This document shows, one piece after another, positions 50,583 through 60,641 of a stretch of DNA of 64,000 nt; positions within the stretch are counted from its first letter, which is position 1; each line of letters opens with the position of its first letter. Source of the stretch: an uncultured bacterium (GTDB lineage Bacteria; Patescibacteriota; Minisyncoccia; Phycocordibacterales; GCA-2401445); contig CALFYW010000016.1 of the NCBI GenBank assembly GCA_937952265.1, forward strand, positions 77,633 to 141,632, written 5' to 3'. Position numbers and translations under genes: made by a program. The notes beneath the pieces are model-generated. The model saw nothing but the letters and a program-made list of their open reading frames with translations. It ran no database searches and was not told where the DNA came from.

Positions 50583-51095
50583 TTGAAACCGCAAAAAATA
50601 AGAATTAATGAATATATTCGCGCTCCCGAACTTCGAGTCATCGGCCCGCAAGGAGAAAATTTCGGAATTATCCCCCTTGCCGAAGCGCTCAATCGCGCAA
50701 AGGACGCGGGAACCGATCTTATTGAGATTTCTCCGAATGCGAATCCCCCAGTTGCAAAAATCGCAGATTATGGTAAATTTCAGTACGAGCAAAAAAAGAA
50801 ACAACAGGAGGCTCGTAAGAAATCCCATACGACCGACGTTAAAACCCTTCAGGTAAAAATCGGCACAGGAGAGCACGATCTTGAGCTTAAAGCAAAAAAA
50901 GCCTCTGAATGGCTCAAAGAAGGGCACCGAATCAAACTTGATCTCTTTCTTCCGGGAAGGACCAAGTATATGGATCGAAATTTTCTTAAAGAACGGCTCC
51001 AACGATTATTGCATTTTATTACCGAGGAATACAAAGTGAGCGGAGAACCGCAAAAAAGCCCTAAAGGGCTCACCGTCATTCTTGAGCATAAGTAA
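50583..51095 (+). CDS. infC: Translation initiation factor IF-3. The start codon is non-ATG (TTG or ATT) and its position is uncertain
   Basis: 'ELRVIGPQGENFGIIPLAEALNRAKDAGTDLIEISPNANPPVAKIADYGKFQYEQ'. Confidence 0.85.
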   Translation: MKPQKIRINEYIRAPELRVIGPQGENFGIIPLAEALNRAKDAGTDLIEISPNANPPVAKIADYGKFQYEQKKKQQEARKKSHTTDVKTLQVKIGTGEHDLELKAKKASEWLKEGHRIKLDLFLPGRTKYMDRNFLKERLQRLLHFITEEYKVSGEPQKSPKGLTVILEHK

Positions 51096-51098
51096 TTT

Positions 51099-51284
51099 AT
51101 GAAGACAAACAAATCTTTTACCAAACGATTTAAGGTAACACGTAAAGGAAAAATTCTCGCTCGCAAACCTGGGCGTGATCATTTTAATGCGAAAGAAACT
51201 CGAAAATCTCAGTTAAACAAAAACCGAACACGAAACCTTTCCCTTCCATCACGAATTACCCGACGATTTTCAGTAAGTAAATAA
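51099..51284 (+). CDS. rpmI: 50S ribosomal protein L35
   Basis: 'MKTNKSFTKRFKVTRKGKILARKPGRDHF'. Confidence 0.9.
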   Translation: MKTNKSFTKRFKVTRKGKILARKPGRDHFNAKETRKSQLNKNRTRNLSLPSRITRRFSVSK

Positions 51285-51289
51285 ATACC

Positions 51290-51637
51290 ATGACACGAGT
51301 AAAACGAGGAGTCATTGCACTCAAACGAAGACGTAATGTCTTGAAACAAGCAAAAGGATACCGCTTTGGCAGAAAATCAAAAGAACGCCTTGCGAAAACC
51401 GCGATCACAAAAGCAGGTGCGTATGCGTTTGCCCACCGAAGAGATAGGAAGAATGACTTCAGAAAACAATGGAATATCTCAATCAACGCGGAATCACGAA
51501 AGGAGAATATCTCCTATAGTGTCCTCATAGGAACACTTAAAAAACAGAAGATTGAGCTAAATCGAAAAATGCTCGCACTTCTTGCGGAATCACATCCCGA
51601 AACCTTCCACAGAATACTCGCACAAATAAAAAAATAG
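51290..51637 (+). CDS. rplT: 50S ribosomal protein L20
   Basis: 'MTRVKRGVIALKRRRNVLKQAKGYRFGRK'. Confidence 0.95.
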   Translation: MTRVKRGVIALKRRRNVLKQAKGYRFGRKSKERLAKTAITKAGAYAFAHRRDRKNDFRKQWNISINAESRKENISYSVLIGTLKKQKIELNRKMLALLAESHPETFHRILAQIKK

Positions 51638-51647
51638 CCTCCACCGG

Positions 51648-53051
51648 CTATTTTTTTCTTGCGCTACACGGCACCGTATATGTCTCTCCCGGTTCGGGTA
51701 CGACAGCTTCAACCCCTACATAATCTCGGAGGCGTTGGGCTAAAAAGAGCGAGGACTTAGGTTCCCCCATTGCCACAAATACTCGTTCGAGTGTTGGCGC
51801 GGTATGTGAGACAAATTCAACCAACCCATGAGAATCCTTATGTGCCGAATAGCCACTGATCTGCGCAATACGCGCGCGTACTGGCACATGTTCTCCTAAA
51901 ATTTTTACCTCTTTTGCACCATCCTGTAATAATCTACCGAGGCTTCCTACCGCCTGATACCCAACGAGAAGCAAGGTGCTCTTAGGATCTGGGAGATACC
52001 GTTTTTCATGATGGATAATACGCCCCCCGTTCGACATTCCTGATCCCGCAATAATAATTTTAGGATTGGGAACCGCATTAATCCCTTTTGATTCTTCAGT
52101 TAAAAGGGTTCTTTTGAGTTTCGGAAAATTAAAAATATCGTCCCCTTCACGGATTTCCTCTTGTACTCCTTGTTTAAAATTCTGAATGCGTTTTTCATAC
52201 ACAGAAGTTACCTTAATCGCAAGCGGAGAGTCGAGAAAAATAGGAACCGAGGGGATCTCTTCTTCCTCTACCAAGGTATTAATGGCATAGAGCAAGTTTT
52301 GAGTTCGCTCAACCGAAAACGCGGGGATCATAAGTGCCCCACCCTGTTTAATGCTTTGAGTAATCACTTCTTTTAATCGCAGTGCCCGCTCATCAGCGTG
52401 CTCATGGTCCCGATCTCCATACACGCTTTCCATCACCAAATAGTTCGCATCGGTAATTGCATCCGTATCACGCAAAAGCGGTGCGGGAGAATTTCCCAAA
52501 TCTCCGGTAAATACAAATTTCTTTCCGCAATAAAGAAACTCAAACATAGACGAACCTAAGATATGCCCCGCATCCTTGATGGTTACAGAAAAATCTTCCG
52601 TAATCTGAGTCGGCGTATAGTAGGGAATGGTCTTCCATAAGGTAATTGCTTTGGCTACGTCTTCCTCCTGGTACAAAAGAGGTTTATGGTCACGTGCGGC
52701 CTCCTTCCCCATCACCCCTAAGCTATCGTTGAGCAAGAGTTCGCTAATCTCGCGCGTTGCCGGAGTTGAATAAATCGCTCCATTGAAACCATCACGGACC
52801 AACTTTGGAATTCTGCCAATATGATCGAGATGCCCATGAGTAACAAACAGCGCATCAATAGTTGCGGGATCATATTCAAAAGCACGATAATTCTCATCGT
52901 TGCACACCTTACCCCCTTGAATAAGCCCGCAATCAACTAATACGCGGAGTGGTTTTGGCCCACCCGTAGTAAAAAGAAAATTTGCGCCGGTAACACTTCC
53001 CGCGCCTCCAAAAAAAGTAATGTGTGGTTCATTGTTTTCGGTCATGGTCAT
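51648..53051 (-). CDS. Metallo-beta-lactamase / beta-CASP family ribonuclease (RNase J-like)
   Basis: 'THGHLDHIG' motif II, 'FTGDLGN', C-terminal beta-CASP 'GYSAHKD'. Confidence 0.7.
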   Translation of the reverse strand: MTMTENNEPHITFFGGAGSVTGANFLFTTGGPKPLRVLVDCGLIQGGKVCNDENYRAFEYDPATIDALFVTHGHLDHIGRIPKLVRDGFNGAIYSTPATREISELLLNDSLGVMGKEAARDHKPLLYQEEDVAKAITLWKTIPYYTPTQITEDFSVTIKDAGHILGSSMFEFLYCGKKFVFTGDLGNSPAPLLRDTDAITDANYLVMESVYGDRDHEHADERALRLKEVITQSIKQGGALMIPAFSVERTQNLLYAINTLVEEEEIPSVPIFLDSPLAIKVTSVYEKRIQNFKQGVQEEIREGDDIFNFPKLKRTLLTEESKGINAVPNPKIIIAGSGMSNGGRIIHHEKRYLPDPKSTLLLVGYQAVGSLGRLLQDGAKEVKILGEHVPVRARIAQISGYSAHKDSHGLVEFVSHTAPTLERVFVAMGEPKSSLFLAQRLRDYVGVEAVVPEPGETYTVPCSARKK

Positions 53052-53053
53052 TA

Positions 53054-53482
53054 TTATACCCCAGCATGAAGGGAATCATCTGATTCTTTCAGCGTTGGTG
53101 ATCGAAACGCCAAAAGAAGTGGTAATGCAGCAAGTCCCCCAAGCAAATCCATAATCATGTCGCTCACGGTATCAAGGAGGTAATGTTCTGCAAACGCCAC
53201 ATCAGCCAAATACTCAAACACCTCCCAAGAGATACCCACGACAAAAACAATACCGCATAGCCACCATACTAAATAAGTAAAAGCGTGCTTCTCACTAAAA
53301 AATCGGAGCAAAATCCAAACAGAAATACAGCCGAATACCAAACCACCCAAAAAATGCATCACGAGATCAAACCAAGGAAATTTCCAATACCACGATCCTT
53401 CAAGCGCAGCGTTATGGAGCATTACCAATAACGTGCTCAATATAAAAATGATAACAAGTATGGCTCCAGCCTTTTTATGCAT
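53054..53482 (-). CDS. Membrane protein, possibly VanZ-like
   Basis: Four TM segments; 'DLVMHFLGGLVFG' weakly VanZ-like. Confidence 0.35.
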   Translation of the reverse strand: MHKKAGAILVIIFILSTLLVMLHNAALEGSWYWKFPWFDLVMHFLGGLVFGCISVWILLRFFSEKHAFTYLVWWLCGIVFVVGISWEVFEYLADVAFAEHYLLDTVSDMIMDLLGGLAALPLLLAFRSPTLKESDDSLHAGV

Positions 53483-53687
53483 ATATATTCATCAAAATAT
53501 CCCGCCGTGCGGGATCCCTTGATGAGGCTATGGAGTATTTTACCCTAGTATTCACCTAGGTGGGTGCCCGCAACCGACTACCACGGCAGAGGGTAATATA
53601 AGGCTCCCCTAAACACTTATTTAATCTAGATAATACCCCATAACCCTACCCCTAGTATACTCTTCATCCAAGGAAAATTCAAAAGAT

Positions 53688-54302
53688 CTATTCAAGAATA
53701 CCGTCTAGGTTAACATCGTAGAGAATCTCCTCCTGTATGAGGCGATAGTGAGTAATTTCTTGAGGCGTAAACCAGTGCAAAATTTCTTTTTCTGCTTCTT
53801 CTCGAGTCCCTGACGCATGAATCAAATTTCTAATTGCTCGAGTGTCAGTATCTGCTAAATGATACGAATCAATGACGAAATCACCGCGTATTGTTCCCAC
53901 ATCAGAGCTACGTGGTTCCGTTCCACCAGTGATTTTTCGAACAATCTCAACCACATGCGCCCCTTCCCAGACCATTACAACTACCGGGCCACTGGTCATA
54001 TATTTTCGCAAGCCATTAAGCACACGCTCCCCTACTTCATCTGGGTCTTTTGAAGGAGGTTCAACTCCTTTCTTTTCATAACTCAAAATCGCTTTCTCGC
54101 CGGTAGTTCTCTTCCATTTTGGATCAAGGGTGTAGTGTTTCTCAACCTGCGCTTCAGTTGGCACCATCATTTTAATTGCGACAAGCTTAAAACCGGCGCG
54201 TTCATACCTACTCACAATCTCTCCGATCAAAGTACGCTGAATGCCGTCTGGTTTAATGATAATTAAAGTTTGTTCCTTTTTGGGATGGGTATGGTTACTC
54301 AT
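53688..54302 (-). CDS. ndk: Nucleoside-diphosphate kinase with a C-terminal extension
   Basis: 'LIIIKPDGIQRTLIGEIVSRYERAGFKLVAIKMM', 'NLIHASGTREEAEKEILHWF'. Confidence 0.9.
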   Translation of the reverse strand: MSNHTHPKKEQTLIIIKPDGIQRTLIGEIVSRYERAGFKLVAIKMMVPTEAQVEKHYTLDPKWKRTTGEKAILSYEKKGVEPPSKDPDEVGERVLNGLRKYMTSGPVVVMVWEGAHVVEIVRKITGGTEPRSSDVGTIRGDFVIDSYHLADTDTRAIRNLIHASGTREEAEKEILHWFTPQEITHYRLIQEEILYDVNLDGILE

Positions 54303-54396
54303 AGTAGCACTACTATACTACGCGCTTCGCGCTAAAACAAGATAAAACCCCGCAACCGGTACGGTTGCGGGCTACTTCTAGTTTTATATATATCAC

Positions 54397-55170
54397 TCAA
54401 CGAGCAATAATTTCTGGTTCGCCTGTTTCTTTAATCAAAATGGTGTGTTCGCACTGGATACTTCGTTCGCCACCCTGCGTTCGTATGGTATACCCATCCT
54501 TATCAACAATAATCCGCCCGTTACCTTTCTCTGCAAGCATCACCTCAATCGCAAGAGCCATACCAGGAACTAAACGCTCTCCGCTCCCCGGACGCCCCAC
54601 ATTCGGGATGAAAGGGTCTTCATGAACACTCCTGCCAACCCCATGCCCTCCAAGTTCACGGATGATGACATAGGGAGTAGACGCAACTGATTGTTCAATC
54701 GCATGGCTAATATCTCCGATATGCTTCCCGGCATATGCGGCACGAATCCCTTGGGCAAGCGCCTCCCTACCGGCACGCAAAAACTGGTGTGTGTTTTCAT
54801 TGTGAGCTCCTACGGCCAACGAGCGCGCCGCATCGGTAATAAAACCACGATGAGATAGCCCCAGATCAATTGTTACGATGTCTCCCTCAGCAAGAGGTGG
54901 TTTGTCTTCATGTGGAATACCGTGCACTACCTCATCATTAACCGCAAAACAGAGAGCTGCGGGATATGGCCGAGGCGCACCATGAGGCTTATACCCTAAA
55001 AACGCAGGGACATCTCCCTCTGCGGCAATGAGAGAGCGAGCCTGAGTTTCAATCTCGTAAGGCGCTTTCCCAGGAAGAAGTAATTGCTCAAGTGAGTCAA
55101 GCACTTTCGTCAAACGCTTACCACTCTCGCGAAAATACGAAATTTCTTGCGAGTCTAAAAAGACACTCAT
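54397..55170 (-). CDS. map: Type I methionine aminopeptidase
   Basis: 'HGIPHEDKP..GDIVTIDLG', 'FITDAARSLAVG', metal ligands His/Glu conserved. Confidence 0.9.
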   Translation of the reverse strand: MSVFLDSQEISYFRESGKRLTKVLDSLEQLLLPGKAPYEIETQARSLIAAEGDVPAFLGYKPHGAPRPYPAALCFAVNDEVVHGIPHEDKPPLAEGDIVTIDLGLSHRGFITDAARSLAVGAHNENTHQFLRAGREALAQGIRAAYAGKHIGDISHAIEQSVASTPYVIIRELGGHGVGRSVHEDPFIPNVGRPGSGERLVPGMALAIEVMLAEKGNGRIIVDKDGYTIRTQGGERSIQCEHTILIKETGEPEIIAR

Positions 55171-55766
55171 ACTAAAGAAGCTTGCACAATCTCTTTCTCA
55201 ACATCCTCAATAGATTGTTCGCCGTTAATTTCAATGAAGCGCACCTTCTCGTGCGCTTTAAAGTATTCAACTACCGGCATCACGCTTTCATCAAACCACT
55301 GAAGACGTCTTCGAATTTCTTTCTCTTGATCGTCCTTACGTCCCCGCTCAAGCAGACGCCTCGTTGCCCAATCAACTGATACGTTTAAATAAACAACGAT
55401 TGGCTTCTCAATACCTAAAAATTCAAACGCACCCGCAAGCACCGGTGCCTCATTAAGACGGCGAGAGAGCCCATCGAGAATAAGATTCTCCTTACCACTA
55501 AAATGCTCCGTGAGATAGGTAGCCCAAAGCCAAATAGGGATAAACGCGGGCAAGAGCCCGCCGGTATCAATAACTTCCTTTGTTAGTTTTGAGGCGTAAT
55601 TGGATTCATGGCGCTCCATAAATTTCCGAATAAGCGCTCCGGTTTCAACATAAAGCGTTTGTTGTGAAGGAAATTCTTTCTCAAGATGTGTTGCGAGTAA
55701 TTTTGCCTGGGTGCCTTTTCCAGATCCCGATCGGCCGAAGAATAAAAAAACACGCGGTTGATTCAT
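55167..55766 (-). CDS. adk: Adenylate kinase
   Basis: P-loop 'FFGRSGSGKGTQAKLLA'; position between secY and map. Confidence 0.85.
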   Translation of the reverse strand: MNQPRVFLFFGRSGSGKGTQAKLLATHLEKEFPSQQTLYVETGALIRKFMERHESNYASKLTKEVIDTGGLLPAFIPIWLWATYLTEHFSGKENLILDGLSRRLNEAPVLAGAFEFLGIEKPIVVYLNVSVDWATRRLLERGRKDDQEKEIRRRLQWFDESVMPVVEYFKAHEKVRFIEINGEQSIEDVEKEIVQASLV

Positions 55767-55777
55767 AAAAAATAGTA

Positions 55778-57049
55778 TTAGTATTCTCTCATTGAAACTT
55801 GTGCGTCGATTTTTTTAACCACATCAAGCACCACTGAGACCACAATGAGAAGCGCCGTACCTCCAATGGTTAATGCGGTGATACCAGTGAATGCATTGAG
55901 GCCGAGCGGAAGTACCGCGACAGCTCCGAGGAATAATGCTCCTACCAAGGTAATTCGGGTAAGAATCTTACTTACATACAATGACGTCGATGACCCCGGA
56001 CGCACCCCTGGAATGAATGCGCCTCCTTTTTGCAGATTTTGCGCGATCGTATCAGGGTCGAAAGTGACTGCCGTATAAAAATACGTAAAGAGGAATACCA
56101 GCACAAAATAGATTCCCGCATACAACCATTGATTTGCAAGAAGCGTCAGTCCTAAAGAAGCGGCGCCCTGAATGAACTCATTGTCGACAGTGGCGAGAAA
56201 ATTAAAAATCATCTGTGGAAACAGCAGGATCGAAAGGGCAAAAATAATCGGCATCACTCCTGCCTGATTAACTCGAAGCGGTAAATAGGTTGATACCCCC
56301 CCATACATTTTTCCGCCACGCACTCGTTTCGCATAGGTAACCGGAATTGGGCGTTCTGCTTCAGTAACTACCACTACCCCCCAAATTACCACCAATGCAA
56401 TGCCGAGGAATCCGAGATATAACGGCAATTGTGATACATCGAAAGAAAATGCCAACTGTTGTATCGTTTGTGGAAGTGTTGCAACGATGCCCGCAAAGAT
56501 AAGGAAGGAAACCCCGTTCCCAATACCAAATTCAGTAATAAGCTCTCCAATCCACATGAGCAACATAGAACCCGCAACAATGATGAGAAGATTAAGGAAG
56601 AAATCAAAGCCAGAAAGGCCAGCGATAATGCCTTGTCGAGAAAGAAGTGTTAAAAACCCAAAGCCTTGTATAAAAGCCATCGGAACGGTTAATAGCCGAG
56701 AATACTGAATAAACTTTTTCCTTCCGAGTTCCCCCTCCTCATGATACAGCGCTTTGAGTTTAGGAATCATCATGGTTAAGAGTTGCATGATAATAGAAGC
56801 CGTAATATAGGGCGCAACTCCAAGCATTACAATTGAAAGATTCGAGAGTCCTCCTCCAGAGAAGATATTTAAAAGACCGAGAAATTGATTGTTAGAAAAA
56901 AATTCTTCTAGACGTAACGCATCAATACCAGGAACAGGGATTACCGCAAGAATACGAAAGATAATGAGCGCAGCGGCCACAAACCCGATTCGTCGGCGCA
57001 AATTTACATCCCCGAAAATTAATTTAATTTTGTGTATCAAATTAGCCAT
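55778..57049 (-). CDS. secY: Preprotein translocase subunit SecY
   Basis: 10-TM 423-aa protein, 'RIGFVAAALIIFRILAVIPVPG'. Confidence 0.95.
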   Translation of the reverse strand: MANLIHKIKLIFGDVNLRRRIGFVAAALIIFRILAVIPVPGIDALRLEEFFSNNQFLGLLNIFSGGGLSNLSIVMLGVAPYITASIIMQLLTMMIPKLKALYHEEGELGRKKFIQYSRLLTVPMAFIQGFGFLTLLSRQGIIAGLSGFDFFLNLLIIVAGSMLLMWIGELITEFGIGNGVSFLIFAGIVATLPQTIQQLAFSFDVSQLPLYLGFLGIALVVIWGVVVVTEAERPIPVTYAKRVRGGKMYGGVSTYLPLRVNQAGVMPIIFALSILLFPQMIFNFLATVDNEFIQGAASLGLTLLANQWLYAGIYFVLVFLFTYFYTAVTFDPDTIAQNLQKGGAFIPGVRPGSSTSLYVSKILTRITLVGALFLGAVAVLPLGLNAFTGITALTIGGTALLIVVSVVLDVVKKIDAQVSMREY

Positions 57050-57064
57050 GAACCTACAACAGCA

Positions 57065-57505
57065 CTATTTTACCACACCTCCAGCCTGTTCAATTTTCTC
57101 TTTTGCGGTTTTCGAGAGCGAAACCCCTTCAATCACGAGCTTTTTATCAATCGTCCCTTGTGAGAGGATTTTAACCACAGGAAGTGATCCGTGTCGTCGG
57201 GAAACGAGTTGATGCGAAACCAGTGATTGCATGGTAACCTGGTCTCCAGCTTTAAACGCAGTATTGAGTTCTTCAAGTGTTACCACCTTTGCACTTGGCT
57301 TTAAGCTCTTAAAGATATTGCTTCCGCGTCCACGACGCTTCGGGAATTTCTTCAACGTATCGCGAAACTCAGGGCGCATCTTTCTACCCGCGCGCGCCTT
57401 TTGCCCCTTAGTTCCTCTTCCGGAAGTTTTCCCTCGCTTTCCCCCACGCCCAACTTGGCGTGAGCGCTTCCCAGTATGCGTTTTTTGTATTGAGTGAATA
57501 TGCAT
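57065..57505 (-). CDS. rplO: 50S ribosomal protein L15
   Basis: Gly/Arg-rich N-terminus 'GRGGKRGKTSGRGTKGQKARAG'. Confidence 0.9.
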   Translation of the reverse strand: MHIHSIQKTHTGKRSRQVGRGGKRGKTSGRGTKGQKARAGRKMRPEFRDTLKKFPKRRGRGSNIFKSLKPSAKVVTLEELNTAFKAGDQVTMQSLVSHQLVSRRHGSLPVVKILSQGTIDKKLVIEGVSLSKTAKEKIEQAGGVVK

Positions 57506-57514
57506 AATAAAAAT

Positions 57515-58111
57515 TTAAGAACTAAGACTCTGGAGCGCTTTAAGTGTCGCTCGCGCATTGTTAAGACGATTCTTACTGCGAGATAAAATTTTCGCGGTTA
57601 CTCCAGTTACTCCAGCAAGTTCTAGGGTAGTACGAACCGAACTCCCCGCGACCATTCCACTTCCTCGTACCGGAGAGAGAAATATCACCGAGCTACAATA
57701 CTTTGCTCGCGCTTCATGCGGAATTGATTTTTCTTTAGTAAGTGGAATCGTAATCAAATTTTTCTTTGCATTTCGAAAAGCTTTTTCAATAGCCAGAGTG
57801 GTATCAGATGCTTTACCAATACCCACACCTACAGAACCTTTTTTATTCCCGCATACGAGTGCCACACTAAAGCTAAAGCGCCGTCCTCCCGCGACCACAC
57901 GCGCAACTCGACGAATTGAGAGGATCCGCTGATCAAACTCAGACTGCACGCGCTCTCGTGGTGTTCGGTTTCGAGATCGGCGTCCGTGTGGTGCTCCAGC
58001 GCCCCGATCACCTCCTCTCCTTTCAGAAGAAAAAGATCCGCCTCTTCCGTTTTCACGTGGAGTGGAGGTTTTTTGAACTTCTTTTTTTTCTACTGTAGTG
58101 GTTGCATTCAT
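57515..58111 (-). CDS. rpsE: 30S ribosomal protein S5 with an N-terminal Arg/Gly-rich extension
   Basis: 'RVARVVAGGRRFSFSVALVCGNKKGSVGVGIGKASD'. Confidence 0.9.
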   Translation of the reverse strand: MNATTTVEKKEVQKTSTPRENGRGGSFSSERRGGDRGAGAPHGRRSRNRTPRERVQSEFDQRILSIRRVARVVAGGRRFSFSVALVCGNKKGSVGVGIGKASDTTLAIEKAFRNAKKNLITIPLTKEKSIPHEARAKYCSSVIFLSPVRGSGMVAGSSVRTTLELAGVTGVTAKILSRSKNRLNNARATLKALQSLSS

Positions 58112-58121
58112 AATAATTTAT

Positions 58122-58475
58122 TTAAAATGACAATCCTGCTTCCCGAGCTTGATCCGCAAAAATTTTAATGTTCCCGAGATAGCGATTTCCACCTCGATCA
58201 AAAACCACCGTGGTGATTTTCTTTTTATTTGCTTCTTGCGCAATCGTCTTCCCAGCCTCCACTACTCGATCTCGGAGGGTCTTACCTTTACACTGTGAGG
58301 TTGAAACTGACACAAGCGTCACGCCTTTCGTGTCATCAATGATTTGCGCAAAAATCGCCATATTCGATTTAGAAACTGACAAACGAGGTCGAGTCTCTGT
58401 CCCCGCAATCTTTGCTCGAATTTTTTTATGGCGCCGTACTCGGCGATTATTTTTTTCAACAAGTCGATTACTCAT
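58122..58475 (-). CDS. rplR: 50S ribosomal protein L18
   Basis: 'RKKIRAKIAGTETRPRLSVSKSNMAIFAQIIDD'. Confidence 0.9.
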   Translation of the reverse strand: MSNRLVEKNNRRVRRHKKIRAKIAGTETRPRLSVSKSNMAIFAQIIDDTKGVTLVSVSTSQCKGKTLRDRVVEAGKTIAQEANKKKITTVVFDRGGNRYLGNIKIFADQAREAGLSF

Positions 58476-58477
58476 AA

Positions 58478-59017
58478 TTATGCGGTCTTCTTACCTTGCT
58501 TACGGCGAATTACCTCATCCTCATAGCGAATACCTTTTCCTTTATAAGGTTCTGGCTTCTTAAGAGAGCGGATCTCAGCAGCAAACCGACCCACGAGCTC
58601 TTTATCGATACCCTGAATGGTCAACACATTTTTCTCGGCGCTTGCTGATATTCCCTGAGGGATGGGCACCTTTACCGGATGCGAGAAGCCGAGGGAGAGG
58701 TTAATATTATCTCCGGCTACTTCCCATTTAAAACCAACACCCTCAACTACTAATTTTTTTTCATATGGTTTCGTTACGCCACGCACCATGTTTAATACAT
58801 GCGAAGCATAAGTTCCCCAGAGCGCGCGAGTAGTAATGGTATTGCGTCGTGGAGTAAAACGAATCCCATCCTCGTTTTTTTCAAGCAAAATATCACGATG
58901 TATTTCTCTGGTAAGGGTCCCCTTTGGGCCAGACACCGAAACCACTCGCGTACCTTCATCAAAAGAAACGTTTACTCCTTCAGGGATTGAGATCAATTGT
59001 TTACCAACGCGTGACAT
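58478..59017 (-). CDS. rplF: 50S ribosomal protein L6
   Basis: 'MSRVGKQLISIPEGVNVSFDEGTRVVSVSGPKG'. Confidence 0.9.
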   Translation of the reverse strand: MSRVGKQLISIPEGVNVSFDEGTRVVSVSGPKGTLTREIHRDILLEKNEDGIRFTPRRNTITTRALWGTYASHVLNMVRGVTKPYEKKLVVEGVGFKWEVAGDNINLSLGFSHPVKVPIPQGISASAEKNVLTIQGIDKELVGRFAAEIRSLKKPEPYKGKGIRYEDEVIRRKQGKKTA

Positions 59018-59025
59018 ATAAATAA

Positions 59026-59415
59026 TTACCAAATCATGAAAAGCGCTTCTCCTCCAACCCGAAGTTTCTGCGCTTCACTTCCTGTCATTACTCCTTGTGG
59101 CGTTGAAAGCACCAGACAACCCCGACCATGGCGAACCGGTTTAATATCGCTCACCCGACAATAGACGCGACATGAGGGCTTTGAGATACGAGACGCCCCC
59201 AAGACCTTTTTTCCCACACGCTCTTTATCTGAAAAAACAAATTCAAGAGATGTTTCCTCCTTTCCATACGGATTCACTGAAATGAGATACCCTTGATTCT
59301 TAAGCACGGTAGCAATCCGCTCATTCATTCGCGAACGAGGAACAATGACGGTGCGCTTTCCAACGCTTGCCGCACTCTTAATTCTATTGAGTAAATCTGA
59401 AATAGGGTCATTCAT
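59026..59415 (-). CDS. rpsH: 30S ribosomal protein S8
   Basis: 'MNDPISDLLNRIKSAASVGKRTVIVPRSRM'; the ORF-track N-terminus is spurious read-through. Confidence 0.9.
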   Translation of the reverse strand: MNDPISDLLNRIKSAASVGKRTVIVPRSRMNERIATVLKNQGYLISVNPYGKEETSLEFVFSDKERVGKKVLGASRISKPSCRVYCRVSDIKPVRHGRGCLVLSTPQGVMTGSEAQKLRVGGEALFMIW

Positions 59416-59422
59416 AAGCCTA

Positions 59423-59608
59423 CTACCAAGAAGATTTTTTAATACCGGGTATCTTTCCTTCATTTGCAAACTCTCGAAAGCAAATACGGCACATCTCAAA
59501 ATCACGCATAAATCCTCGGCGTCTTCCACATCGAAAACAACGACGAACAACGCGTGAAGCAAATTTTGGCTTTCTCTGTGATCGAGCAATTGCTGATTTT
59601 TTTGCCAT
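59423..59608 (-). CDS. rpsZ: 30S ribosomal protein S14 type Z (zinc-binding)
   Basis: 61 aa, '[23 protein letters not shown]' CxxC..CxxC. Confidence 0.9.
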   Translation of the reverse strand: MAKKSAIARSQRKPKFASRVVRRCFRCGRRRGFMRDFEMCRICFREFANEGKIPGIKKSSW

Positions 59609-59628
59609 AATTAAAAAAAGATGCGCTT

Positions 59629-59657
59629 TTTAAGCGTTCCACTATACTAGCAAGCAC
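59629..59657 (-). promoter_or_regulatory. Candidate internal sigma70-type promoter in the 168-nt rplE-rpsZ spacer
   Basis: Minus strand TTGACA, a 17-nt spacer, then TAGTAT. Confidence 0.3.
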
Positions 59658-59776
59658 GTTATGCATTGTCAACGAAGGGCTTGGAGCTTCCTGACACCTC
59701 GAATTTCCTAAATTAACTCCACCCCCTCTGTACTTAAGGAGCAGTGGTCTAAAACCTGAAAAAAGGAATCCACGTG

Positions 59777-60313
59777 CTAGCTTCGCTTAAAAGGAACACC
59801 CATGTGCTCAAAAAAAGCTACTCCCTCTGAAGCATTCGATGCGGAAGAGACAATCGTAATTGCAAGACCAAACACGTCTTTGAGCTCTTCATCTGATGTC
59901 TCAGGAAAGATGGTGTGCTCTCGGATACCAATGGTAACATTACCCATTTCATCAACCGCGGAAACCGGAATACCTTTAAAGTCACGGGTTCTAGGGAGAC
60001 ACACGGTAAATAAACGGTCGAGAAAATCACGCATTCTTTTTCCGCGAAGTGTTACTTGATATCCTGCAATATCACCAATACGCAACTTAAATGACGCGAT
60101 TGATTGACGAGCACGCGTCGGAACAGGTTTTTGGCCAGTAATTAATGCGAGACGATCCGCAATGAGTTCGATTTTCTTTTTATCCTTAACTGATCCCACG
60201 CCAGTAGACACTACCACCTTTTCCAAACGAGGCGTTTCCCATACATTCACATACCCAAACTTCTCTTTGAGTGATTTGAATGCGTTTTTCTCTTTTTCTC
60301 GAATCATTTCCAT
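59777..60313 (-). CDS. rplE: 50S ribosomal protein L5
   Basis: 'LKEKFGYVNVWETPRLEKVVVSTGVG'. Confidence 0.95.
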   Translation of the reverse strand: MEMIREKEKNAFKSLKEKFGYVNVWETPRLEKVVVSTGVGSVKDKKKIELIADRLALITGQKPVPTRARQSIASFKLRIGDIAGYQVTLRGKRMRDFLDRLFTVCLPRTRDFKGIPVSAVDEMGNVTIGIREHTIFPETSDEELKDVFGLAITIVSSASNASEGVAFFEHMGVPFKRS

Positions 60314-60327
60314 ATATATTGAGAAGT

Positions 60328-60636
60328 TTAGCCAATAGTCGCGCCACTCTTTACCGCAACTCGTACTTTTTTATTATTTACGGTTTTCATACGAATACGC
60401 GTTGGCTTTCCTCCTTTCGGGTCAACAAGCATTACATTTGACACATCGAGGGGCATTGCTTTTTCGATGATCTGCCCCTTACTACCCTCTTTACGAGGAC
60501 GCTCATGTTTTTTGCGCATATTAATACCCTCAACAATAACCATGCCCTTTGAAGGAAACGCAGAAATTACTTTTCCTTTTTTTCCACGGTCTTTTCCAGA
60601 CACTACTACCACATTGTCGCCTTTTTTAATATACAT
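60328..60636 (-). CDS. rplX: 50S ribosomal protein L24
   Basis: 'MYIKKGDNVVVVSGKDRGKKGKV' KOW motif. Confidence 0.9.
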   Translation of the reverse strand: MYIKKGDNVVVVSGKDRGKKGKVISAFPSKGMVIVEGINMRKKHERPRKEGSKGQIIEKAMPLDVSNVMLVDPKGGKPTRIRMKTVNNKKVRVAVKSGATIG

Positions 60637-60641
60637 ATACG

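Noticed and set aside
53483-53687. Possible small RNA (SRP or 6S) in the 200-nt gap upstream of the VanZ-like gene
   Set aside because: It contains a hairpin (atcccgccgtgcgggat) but no recognisable SRP domain IV motif or 6S-like architecture by eye; left unassigned.
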